From: a virus
Virus record (IMG/VR): IMGVR_UViG_3300012683_000006
Location: 1 to 44,174 of that record
Length of the DNA stretch: 44,174 nucleotides
Direction: 5' to 3' (one strand)
Part shown: in pieces, positions 25,177-32,712 of the stretch
Numbering within the stretch: position 1 is the first letter of the stretch
Layout: the number at the start of each line of letters is the position of its first letter
The notes under the pieces: model-generated
The model's input: the letters and a program-made list of their open reading frames with translations, nothing else
Databases searched by the model: none
What the model was told of the DNA's origin: nothing
Made by a program: the position numbers and the translations under genes

Positions 25177-26318
25177 CCCTCCCTCTCGGGAGCGGCAACC
25201 CGAACGCCAAGATCTTTATCGTAGGGGAGGCTTGGGGCGCGGACGAAGCGCGGGCGGGCAAGCCTTTTGTTGGGATGAGTGGGATGGAGTTGGACAGAAT
25301 GTTGCATGAAGTGGGCATCATGCGATCCGACTGCTACACTTCGAACGTAGTGAATGCCCAGCCCGCGGGCAACGACATCAGGGCGTGGATACCGCTGACC
25401 AAGCGGGAGATCACCCCCGACTGCATTCGCCTCCGGGACAGGATGGTCAAGCCTATCCTCCTCGCGGGCTATCATTCACTCTTACGGGAGCTCAGCCTTG
25501 TCAAACCTACCCTCATCCTTGCGTTGGGGAACACGCCGCTCTGGACGCTTACGGGCCGTTGGGGTATTACGAAGTGGAGGGGCTCACAGCTTGTCCAGAA
25601 TGCAGCGGACCTTACGGACGCGATCCCGAATCCGCCTGTTAAAGTTATACCGACGTATCATCCAGCAGCTATCCTCCGGCAGTGGGACTGGCGGGCGGTG
25701 GCGCTTAACGATCTTCGACGGGCCAAGCGGGAGTCTACGACGCCAACTTACAGAGTTCCTGACTGGACCTTCATCATCCGGCCTGGGCTCGCCCAAGCCC
25801 TCGGTACATTAGGAGCACTCTATGAACGATGTGAGCGAGGACCTACGCTTCTCAGCTTCGACTTGGAGACACGGGCTGGTCATATTGCCTGTGGTGGTCT
25901 GGCATGGGACCGTAACAACGCACTGTGTTTGCCCTTCATGTGTGTTGAACAGCCTGATGGTTACTGGCCCGAAGAGGAAGAAGCTCTTATCCTTGCGGAA
26001 TTGTATCGAGTCCTTACTCATCCCAACACCCGCGTCCTCGGCCAGAACCTCCTCTACGACTGTCAATATACCTGGCGGCACTGGCACTTCATCCCGAGGG
26101 TGACATTCGACACGATGATCGCGCATCATACCGCCTTCCCAGGCCTCCCCAAAGCCCTCGACTTCCAGTCCTCGATGTACTGTGCCCATCATGTCTATTG
26201 GAAAGAGGACGGCAAGCTCTGGAAGCCAGAGTATGGCGAGGACCAGTTTTGGAAGTATAACTGTGAGGACGCCGTCCGCACCTTTGAAATAGCCGAGGCC
26301 CTTGGTGTCCGTCCTTAG
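25173..26318 (+). CDS. DNA polymerase A, N-terminal piece: family-4 UDG-like domain plus 3'-5' exonuclease domain, 381 aa
   Basis: KIFIVGEAWGADEARAGKPFVGMSGMEL (UDG-4 motif). Exo motifs LSFDLET, NLLYDCQY and YNCEDA. Ends at a TAG. Confidence 0.8.
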   Translation: MTLPLGSGNPNAKIFIVGEAWGADEARAGKPFVGMSGMELDRMLHEVGIMRSDCYTSNVVNAQPAGNDIRAWIPLTKREITPDCIRLRDRMVKPILLAGYHSLLRELSLVKPTLILALGNTPLWTLTGRWGITKWRGSQLVQNAADLTDAIPNPPVKVIPTYHPAAILRQWDWRAVALNDLRRAKRESTTPTYRVPDWTFIIRPGLAQALGTLGALYERCERGPTLLSFDLETRAGHIACGGLAWDRNNALCLPFMCVEQPDGYWPEEEEALILAELYRVLTHPNTRVLGQNLLYDCQYTWRHWHFIPRVTFDTMIAHHTAFPGLPKALDFQSSMYCAHHVYWKEDGKLWKPEYGEDQFWKYNCEDAVRTFEIAEALGVRP

Positions 26319-27561
26319 CTCCCTCGGCCTAGAGGACCAAGCTGCCTTCCAGATGAGGCTGTTTTGGGCCGCGTTGCGGGCCATGCAGCTCGGCGTCCGG
26401 GTCGATCTCGAGCGTCGGGCGCAGATCACAGCCGAGCTGGGCCTCGCCATCGAGGGCTGTGACAAGTTCATAGCCGATGTTCTGGGCCACCCCCTCAATG
26501 TCCGCTCCAGCCCGCAGATGGCCGGTCTGTTCTATGGCGACCTCGCCCAGAAGCCTGTGATGTCTCGGGCGAAGAAGGGCCAGCCTTCGCATGTCTCTTG
26601 TGATGACGAGGCCCTTCAAGTCGTGGCGAAGAGGGAGCCCTTGCTCCGCCCGCTCGTGGATAAGATTCTCCATCGCCGCTCGCTCAGCGTCCTCAAGACC
26701 TCCTTCGCGGAGGCTAGGCTTGGGGAGGATGGGAGGATGCGTTGCTCTCTCAACATCTGCGGGACGGAGACATTCCGCCTTTCATCGAGCCAAGACGCCT
26801 TCGGCTCGGGCCTCAATCTCCAGACCATTCCCGACGAGAATACGAAGGCCAGTGTCAAGGCGGAGCGCCGAGGGGAAAGCATCCCGAACATCAAGTCCAT
26901 GTTCGTGCCCGACCCTGGCTATACCTTCTTCAACCTCGACCTCGACCGGGCCGACCTTCATGTTGTGGTGTGGGAGGCGGACGACTCCGAGCTCAAGGCC
27001 GTCCTCCGCGAGGGCGCAGACATCCATGCGGAGAATGCGAAGGTCCTCGGCTGCGACCGCGAGCTTGCGAAGAGCTTCATCCATGGGACGAACTATGGCG
27101 GGTCGAGCCGGACGATGGCGATTGTGTGCGGCATATCAACCCACATCGCGGACGCCTATCAACGCCGATGGTTCTCCGCCCATCCCGGCATCCGTCGATG
27201 GCATACCGAAGTCGAGCGCAGGCTCAACGCCACGCGGGAGGTTCATAATGCCTTCGGGTATCGAAGGCACTACTTCGGGCGGATCGAAGGATTGCTCCCA
27301 GAGGCGCTGGCCTGGATACCTCAGAGCACAGTGGCCTGTGTGATAAATCGAGTGTGGGTGAGCATCCTAGACGCCATGCCGCAAATACAGATCTTGCTAC
27401 AAGTACATGATTCTTTGGCAGGGCAATACTATACTGCCCACGACTTCTTCCATCGTCCAGCCATCATGGCGAACTCTCTTATCCCAATCCCCTATCCCGA
27501 CCCTCTTATCATCCCAACCAGCCTGAAAACGTCGCCCGTCTCTTGGGGCTCGTGTGCGTAA
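26302..27561 (+). CDS. DNA polymerase A, polymerase-domain piece, 419 aa (TTG start, +1 frame relative to the N-terminal piece)
   Basis: Motif A FFNLDLDRADLHV, motif B RELAKSFIHGTNYG and motif C QVHDSL. Confidence 0.8.
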   Translation: MVSVLSSLGLEDQAAFQMRLFWAALRAMQLGVRVDLERRAQITAELGLAIEGCDKFIADVLGHPLNVRSSPQMAGLFYGDLAQKPVMSRAKKGQPSHVSCDDEALQVVAKREPLLRPLVDKILHRRSLSVLKTSFAEARLGEDGRMRCSLNICGTETFRLSSSQDAFGSGLNLQTIPDENTKASVKAERRGESIPNIKSMFVPDPGYTFFNLDLDRADLHVVVWEADDSELKAVLREGADIHAENAKVLGCDRELAKSFIHGTNYGGSSRTMAIVCGISTHIADAYQRRWFSAHPGIRRWHTEVERRLNATREVHNAFGYRRHYFGRIEGLLPEALAWIPQSTVACVINRVWVSILDAMPQIQILLQVHDSLAGQYYTAHDFFHRPAIMANSLIPIPYPDPLIIPTSLKTSPVSWGSCA

Positions 27562-28747
27562 CTTCGATGACTGGCTCACTGCCTACGTCGATTATGCCTC
27601 CTTCACCGAGGCCCCCCGCCGCATGCACTTCTTCAGTGGCGCCGTGGCGGTTGCGGGCGCCCTCCGGCGGAAGGTCTGGATCGAGCAGTATGCGTTCCAA
27701 TGGTATCCTAACCTCTATGTCCTGCTCGTCGCGCCGCCCGCCATCGTTTCGAAGTCCACAACGGCTGACCTCGCAATCAAGCTCCTCCGGAAGGTCCCGG
27801 GTATCCAGTTCGGCCCGGACGCCATAACGTGGCAGGCCTTGGTCACATCGTTCGCGGCGAGCGCGGAGTCCTTCCAAGTCGGGGAGCAATGGCACAAGAT
27901 GTCGGCCATAACCTCCTGTGCGACGGAGCTAGGCAACCTCCTCGATCCGCGGGACCGACAGCTCGTTACGAACCTTATCACCCTGTACGACGCCCGCGAG
28001 CTCTTCGAGAAGGTCACCAAGATGTCGGGGAACGATGTTGTAGAGAATGCGTGGTTCAATCTCATAGCGTGCACAACGCCGAGCTGGATTCAGGAGAATG
28101 TGCCCGAGGGCATGATCGGGGGCGGGCTGTCCTCCCGCATCCTCTATGTCTATGCGGAGCGGAAGGAGAAGCTCGTGGACTGGCCCGCCGACGCCGTTCC
28201 GGCAGGGATCGAAGATACCCGCTTCAAGCTCATAGCCGACCTCGAACACATCTCCCTGCTCGCGGGTCCATTCAGTGTCACCCCTGAGGTCAAGCAATGG
28301 AACAAAGAGTGGTACGCAAAGCACTTCAACGGCGGATCGAGCTTGGCCGACGAGCGCTTTGGCGGCTATGTCAGTCGAAAGCAGACGCACATCTACAAGC
28401 TCGCTATGATAATATCAGCCGCCCAGAGAGACACCCTCGTGATCGAGCTCGGTGACGTGGTGGCTGCCAACACTATGATAACAGACCTCGAAGCCGAGAT
28501 GCCCAGGGTCTTCGCCCTCGTGGGGAAGACGCCCGAGACCCGACAGGCCGATCGCTTCATCGAGTTCATCCGACGGCGCCAGACCGTGAGCTATGAGGAA
28601 GCCTATCGCTACCTCCATGCTTTCTTCGCGGACCCGAAGCAGATCGAAGGGGTGATGCTTGCGGCGGTCCGGGCGAACTATCTCGGGTATGAGAGGGACA
28701 AGGAGCGGATTGTGGCGTTTACATGGAAGGGCGGGACGAAACCGTAA
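27554..28747 (+). CDS. Helicase-like P-loop protein (DUF3987/VirE-like), 397 aa (GTG start)
   Basis: Deviant Walker A LLVAPPAIVSKSTT. Called from its position after the polymerase and its size. Confidence 0.4.
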   Translation: MRNFDDWLTAYVDYASFTEAPRRMHFFSGAVAVAGALRRKVWIEQYAFQWYPNLYVLLVAPPAIVSKSTTADLAIKLLRKVPGIQFGPDAITWQALVTSFAASAESFQVGEQWHKMSAITSCATELGNLLDPRDRQLVTNLITLYDARELFEKVTKMSGNDVVENAWFNLIACTTPSWIQENVPEGMIGGGLSSRILYVYAERKEKLVDWPADAVPAGIEDTRFKLIADLEHISLLAGPFSVTPEVKQWNKEWYAKHFNGGSSLADERFGGYVSRKQTHIYKLAMIISAAQRDTLVIELGDVVAANTMITDLEAEMPRVFALVGKTPETRQADRFIEFIRRRQTVSYEEAYRYLHAFFADPKQIEGVMLAAVRANYLGYERDKERIVAFTWKGGTKP

Positions 28748-28770
28748 CCGGATATGATACCATATCCATG
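28736..28770 (+). promoter_or_regulatory. Conserved element copy 3 (ACGAAACCGTAACCGGA-TATGATACCATA-TCCATG)
   Basis: 28 of 35 nt match copy 1. Ends in the ATG at 28768 of the next gene. Confidence 0.5.
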
Positions 28771-29007
28771 ACCGTAAAGATTTCAGTCGATCAAATGTTG
28801 ACGCGGGGCCTCGGCTTCTGTTGCCCCTACGCCGGGCTCGAAGCGAACCGCGCGATCTCCTGTGCCATGCTCGGCCTGCGCCTTGGCGTGAGCGGGCGGG
28901 CGATCCAATACAAGTACGAAGCCCTCGCCTCTGGCGAGATCCGCTGTGAACGTAACCGAGGATGTATGAAAGGAAGGCTCGATGCCCGCGCCGCTAAGAA
29001 CGTGTGA
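28768..29007 (+). CDS. Small HTH-like protein, 79 aa
   Basis: ATG directly after element copy 3. AMLGLRLGVSGRAIQYKYEAL. Confidence 0.45.
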   Translation: MTVKISVDQMLTRGLGFCCPYAGLEANRAISCAMLGLRLGVSGRAIQYKYEALASGEIRCERNRGCMKGRLDARAAKNV

Positions 29008-29239
29008 GACTTGCAAGCATTATGTCCCCTACAAGGATTCCGAGCTCCTCCGGGAGACCTTCGGGAAGTGTACCTCGGGCAAACGCCCGGGCTATGTCAA
29101 CTTCGCAGAGACCTGTCGGATCGCAACGGATCTGTGCGGCCCGGACGCTCTGTGGTGGGAGCCCAAGCCGCCCGCCTTCGAGGTCGTGGAGGACGGGCCG
29201 CAGGAGCTGGATTGGGAGGACGATGACGACGACAGCTAG
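28982..29239 (+). CDS. Small Cys-rich protein with poly-acidic tail, 85 aa
   Basis: CETCKHY...C...C...C, ending in LDWEDDDDDS. Last gene of the plus-strand arm. Confidence 0.5.
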   Translation: MPAPLRTCETCKHYVPYKDSELLRETFGKCTSGKRPGYVNFAETCRIATDLCGPDALWWEPKPPAFEVVEDGPQELDWEDDDDDS

Positions 29240-30081
29240 GGCGTACCGACTATCGAACCCCAGTTACTCCCGTTCCAGCGCCACCACAGCCCGCCGCTCT
29301 GATGTGCATAGATGATCTTCGCCTTGTATAAAATCGTGTCGAAGCCGCTCCCGCCTGAGTCCACTGTATTCACGAACGCATGCGTGCCCACCTTGGTCCA
29401 AGTTAACACGGCCCCCGACGCATCGATCTGGACCAGCTGCGTGAGTGGTGGGATAGTTGAGCCATCAGGGGACTCGCCGGTCGCAGGAGGAGGAGGCGGC
29501 GGCGGCGTCACCACTGGCGGCGGTACTACCACGGGAGGCGGGGCCAACGGCGGAGTCACTGTAACGGTCAACGTCGCAAAGATGGGAGCATAGACCACGG
29601 TCGTAACTGCGCTAGCAGGGATGGCAAATGGCGTCGGCAGCGTGTAGGTCGTGACGTAGCTGCCAGCCAGATCCGCAGCGCCCGCCGTGGTCCCGACCTG
29701 CGTGAATCCGGTTCTAACCTTCGCCACGGTCGCCGCCGCTGCCTGCGGGGGGAAGATCAGCGTTATCGAGGTCTGGAAGATCGAGGGAACGGGCAGCCGC
29801 GCGATCTCCACATCCCCCGCCGTAACGAGCGCCGCAAAGTTCGTGTACTTGATCCGGCTGTCGAACGGATTCAGCAGCGAGTACGCATTCGGGTAGGTGA
29901 ACGTCTGTGCAGCGGCACTGCTCAAAAATCCGAGAAGCAACCCCCCGCAGAGAACCGATCGAATAAAAGATAGTCCTTTGAACACCGCACGCAGACATGA
30001 ACGTGCCGTGTTACAACCATCGACGTTCCTTCCCCCCCTACGCAGGAGGCTTTCTCGAACTTCGTTCCGCCGCATGAGCAT
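29236..30081 (-). CDS. Exported protein with poly-proline linker, 281 aa (start uncertain)
   Basis: GGAAGGA-N5-ATG at 30081. Signal-like LCGGLLLGFLSSAAAQ. PPPVVVPPPVVTPPPPPPP linker. C-terminal domain with Trp and Gly. Confidence 0.5.
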   Translation of the reverse strand: MLMRRNEVRESLLRRGGRNVDGCNTARSCLRAVFKGLSFIRSVLCGGLLLGFLSSAAAQTFTYPNAYSLLNPFDSRIKYTNFAALVTAGDVEIARLPVPSIFQTSITLIFPPQAAAATVAKVRTGFTQVGTTAGAADLAGSYVTTYTLPTPFAIPASAVTTVVYAPIFATLTVTVTPPLAPPPVVVPPPVVTPPPPPPPATGESPDGSTIPPLTQLVQIDASGAVLTWTKVGTHAFVNTVDSGGSGFDTILYKAKIIYAHQSGGLWWRWNGSNWGSIVGTP

Positions 30082-30145
30082 ATGAATCCTTCCGGTCCGT
30101 GTGCAATTCGATGCAGGACAATATGAATGTTTGGCGGGCTCCCCA

Positions 30146-30400
30146 TTATTTCTCTCGAATCGTACCAGTTGCATAGCCCCGCGAGCGCAAGCACTTGTTA
30201 ATCTCGGTGAAGCTTGCCTTCCGCTTCACCTGCGTCACTTCGGCTGGATGCTTGAGTTTCGCCTTCGCCACCGCAGCGTTCGCCGCAGTTTCACCCTGCT
30301 CATTGCACTCCCGAATATCCTTCTCGTGTTTGGACTCCGCAGCGAAGGCGGATAGGGCGATGAAGGCAAGTAGTAGGATACCAATCTTAACAAGGCGCAT
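30146..30400 (-). CDS. Small secreted protein, 84 aa
   Basis: GGAGAG RBS. Signal peptide MRLVKIGILLLAFIALSAFAAES. Confidence 0.55.
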   Translation of the reverse strand: MRLVKIGILLLAFIALSAFAAESKHEKDIRECNEQGETAANAAVAKAKLKHPAEVTQVKRKASFTEINKCLRSRGYATGTIREK

Positions 30401-30410
30401 GTTTCTCTCC

Positions 30411-30749
30411 TCAGTGTGACAGCTTGAAGTAGTAAAACGCGACTGACGAGGCGCCAGCCACGAACGAGCAAACCAGCCACAGAACGAATCGTATCGCCTG
30501 CCGCCCGGCGATGCGCTCGAGATAAAGATCTTGTGCCTTTGAGAAAGCGTCGCTCCCCAAGAAGACAGCGAGGGCGGTGGCGATACAGGCCTCGACTCGG
30601 GCGGTTTGGGCGTCGGAGAAGACTGCGACAGCCCGTCGATCCGTTGCAACAAGGTCATTCGCGATGTACTCCTTGATAATGAAGATGTCATCTTCGAGCT
30701 TGCGGACGGCGTCGAGGATAAGGCGGGGATCATCACTGAGTCCGCTCAT
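30411..30749 (-). CDS. C-terminally membrane-anchored protein, 112 aa
   Basis: Hydrophobic stretches ACIATALAVFLG and FVLWLVCSFVAGASSVAFYYF. Confidence 0.5.
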   Translation of the reverse strand: MSGLSDDPRLILDAVRKLEDDIFIIKEYIANDLVATDRRAVAVFSDAQTARVEACIATALAVFLGSDAFSKAQDLYLERIAGRQAIRFVLWLVCSFVAGASSVAFYYFKLSH

Positions 30750-30852
30750 AGGAGAGCGCTCCGCCCGCGCAGGCTAAGGCCATCACGATCAGTGCGGCAA
30801 CGGGATGAGACAAAACGGCAATCTCCGTCCCCGCGAAGGTCAGGATGACCAT
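30733..30852 (-). CDS. Small membrane peptide, 39 aa
   Basis: Internal ATG at 30852. MVILTFAGTEIAVLSHPVAALIVMALACAGG. Confidence 0.35.
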   Translation of the reverse strand: MVILTFAGTEIAVLSHPVAALIVMALACAGGALSYERTQ

Positions 30853-31223
30853 AAGCGCGATCCCCAGTGCCACTTCATCCCCGCTGCAATGAATAGAAGG
30901 CTGACCTCCAGCCCGACGATCCACTCCCCCACAGGCCAGCCAGCGACGTAGTCGCACTCGCTGACCCCAGAGGGGACTGGTCCATCGACCAAGGCTTGAC
31001 ACACTGCGATCTGCCCGCCCTCCAGCATCCCAATCCACATCGCTGCGACGGCGAAGTAGCCCCGAACCCGGGTTCGAAGGACCGCGCATAGGACTACCTC
31101 CCACGCTCCCCCCAAGAGATAGAACCACTCCGAGGGGGAGAATCGAGTAACCTTCGACAGGAAGAAGGAAGTATCATGCCGAAGGAACACACCAACGAGG
31201 AGAATAGCGGCGAGCCATCGCAC
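30840..31223 (-). CDS. Polytopic membrane protein, 127 aa
   Basis: Three or four hydrophobic segments. Confidence 0.5.
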   Translation of the reverse strand: MRWLAAILLVGVFLRHDTSFFLSKVTRFSPSEWFYLLGGAWEVVLCAVLRTRVRGYFAVAAMWIGMLEGGQIAVCQALVDGPVPSGVSECDYVAGWPVGEWIVGLEVSLLFIAAGMKWHWGSRLWSS

Positions 31224-31447
31224 TACTTCGGGCCGGGTCCGCCCCCCGACTCCGGCGAGGGCGTCGTGCGGGCCTTGTCGATATCCGCGAGGAGGGCCGT
31301 TCGGGCAAGGGAATATTTCGCCCGCGAGCCGTCCAGCTCGGCTTCGGAGACATCCCGCCCTTCAGCGTGGGCGGTCTGGAGGAGCTGTCCGAGCTCCTGA
31401 GCGTGCTCCAGCGCGAGCAGTATGAGGTCAACGGTGAGCTTGTTCAT
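31223..31447 (-). CDS. Hypothetical helical protein, 74 aa
   Basis: ATGA-type coupling on both sides. Confidence 0.45.
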   Translation of the reverse strand: MNKLTVDLILLALEHAQELGQLLQTAHAEGRDVSEAELDGSRAKYSLARTALLADIDKARTTPSPESGGGPGPK

Positions 31448-31779
31448 TGTTTCTCCTTAGTAGCGAGGTAGGCTTGGAGGGCGGTTAGGGCAGTGATCGT
31501 CGCGCCGAGCTTCGTGCTAGCCGCGATAGGGTCAGTCTTGCTCATCGAGCGGGCGACATCGAGCGCAGATACGAGATTATCCGCCTGCTTGAGGACGTTC
31601 TCCGCGTCGTCGGGAGTGATCTTTCGGGCCACAAGGACCGCCGAAGTCCCGCTCACGATCGCTCTGGCGGTGGTATAGCCAGCCGCAAGGCGCTCGTTAA
31701 ACGTCGTGGGAGTCGGGACACCAAGGGCGGCGCAGCCCGCGGCGAGGAGGAGGAAGAGGTAACACAATCGCTTCATCAT
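31444..31779 (-). CDS. Lipoprotein, 111 aa (o-spanin-like role possible)
   Basis: Lipobox LLLAAGC. Confidence 0.6.
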   Translation of the reverse strand: MMKRLCYLFLLLAAGCAALGVPTPTTFNERLAAGYTTARAIVSGTSAVLVARKITPDDAENVLKQADNLVSALDVARSMSKTDPIAASTKLGATITALTALQAYLATKEKQ

Positions 31780-32051
31780 ACGGTGGGTCCTTTCGGGTCT
31801 GGTGAGGGGGCGGGCGGAGGAGGCGCAGGCGGTGCCGAGTCTCCAGCACGCTGTCCCCGAGTCGTGGACGCACTGGCTCCGTAGTAGAAGGATAGGACCA
31901 TCAAGAGGGCCGCATCGAGGGTTCCGAGGATGCGCCCGAGAAGGACAGCGTCGATGTCGGGCTTGTGCCCGAACATCACGGCGCCCTCCATCAAAAGGGT
32001 AATCATGACCACAAGTATAGCAATTCCATCGACCACTCGCAAGTCCTTCAT
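31776..32051 (-). CDS. Holin-like protein with two TM segments, 91 aa
   Basis: TM1 GIAILVVMITLLMEGAV and TM2 LDAALLMVLSFYYGA. Pro-rich tail. Confidence 0.5.
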   Translation of the reverse strand: MKDLRVVDGIAILVVMITLLMEGAVMFGHKPDIDAVLLGRILGTLDAALLMVLSFYYGASASTTRGQRAGDSAPPAPPPPAPSPDPKGPTV

Positions 32052-32434
32052 GGCCGACCTGTTACGATCGTGTCGAACTCTTCGAGGCCCGTCGTCACGT
32101 TCATGAACTCCTCGAAGCCATGAGCACTATCACCGATGGCCGTGACGCCATCCATTCGGGTGAAGCTCTCTGCCACGCACACACACGCAAGGCTGTCGAC
32201 CTCTTTATTCCCCTTATGGAACAGCACCCTGTCGTGGCCCGGGACGATGATCTGGAAGGTCTCATACCCTCCATGGTGGTAGAAGTCCCGCTTGCATTTG
32301 TAGGTCCCATTGCGAAGGACGGTCGAGAGGTCGTCGAAGGTTCGCTCTACGCTCACCGCAAACGGGCGGGTATCCCACACAAGGGCGCTGAAACACCCAT
32401 CACTCCGCACAGCGACAGTCTTGAGCTCCATCAT
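32048..32434 (-). CDS. DUF5675-like protein, 128 aa; candidate cell-wall enzyme
   Basis: GTYKCKRDFYHHGGYETFQIIVPGHDRVLFHKGNKEVDSLACVCV matches the remembered DUF5675 pattern (GtY.C.R...F.v..VPGr..ILiH.GN...DS.GC). Confidence 0.5.
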   Translation of the reverse strand: MMELKTVAVRSDGCFSALVWDTRPFAVSVERTFDDLSTVLRNGTYKCKRDFYHHGGYETFQIIVPGHDRVLFHKGNKEVDSLACVCVAESFTRMDGVTAIGDSAHGFEEFMNVTTGLEEFDTIVTGRP

Positions 32435-32712
32435 TTGCCTCTCCTTTTCTCAAGTTCCTCAATACGCCGCATAAGATCAGATTTATCCCGCGCGGCGTCC
32501 TTCCCAGTATAACGGTCCTCACTCTTGGAATTGACATACTTCTCCATCGCTTCGAGCTTGTACTCTAACACGCTGATTCGCTCATTCCTCGCTGCGAATG
32601 TCCGGTTGATGTCGTCGAACTTGTTTAGTATCCAGCCGCCCGACCCACCAAGCACGGCAATGATACCAACCACACCACCAATGCGCTTGAAACCGTTTCC
32701 ATTATTTTCCAT
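32431..32712 (-). CDS. N-terminal TM plus coiled-coil protein, 93 aa (i-spanin or holin-like)
   Basis: TM GGVVGIIAVLGGSGGWIL followed by a heptad-like charged helix. Confidence 0.5.
   Translation of the reverse strand: MENNGNGFKRIGGVVGIIAVLGGSGGWILNKFDDINRTFAARNERISVLEYKLEAMEKYVNSKSEDRYTGKDAARDKSDLMRRIEELEKRRGK

Noticed and set aside
28797-28806. GTTGACGCGG 10-mer shared with promoter P2 (11997-12006).
   Set aside because: It lies inside the 79-aa coding frame, and no -10-like hexamer occurs at 16-18 nt.
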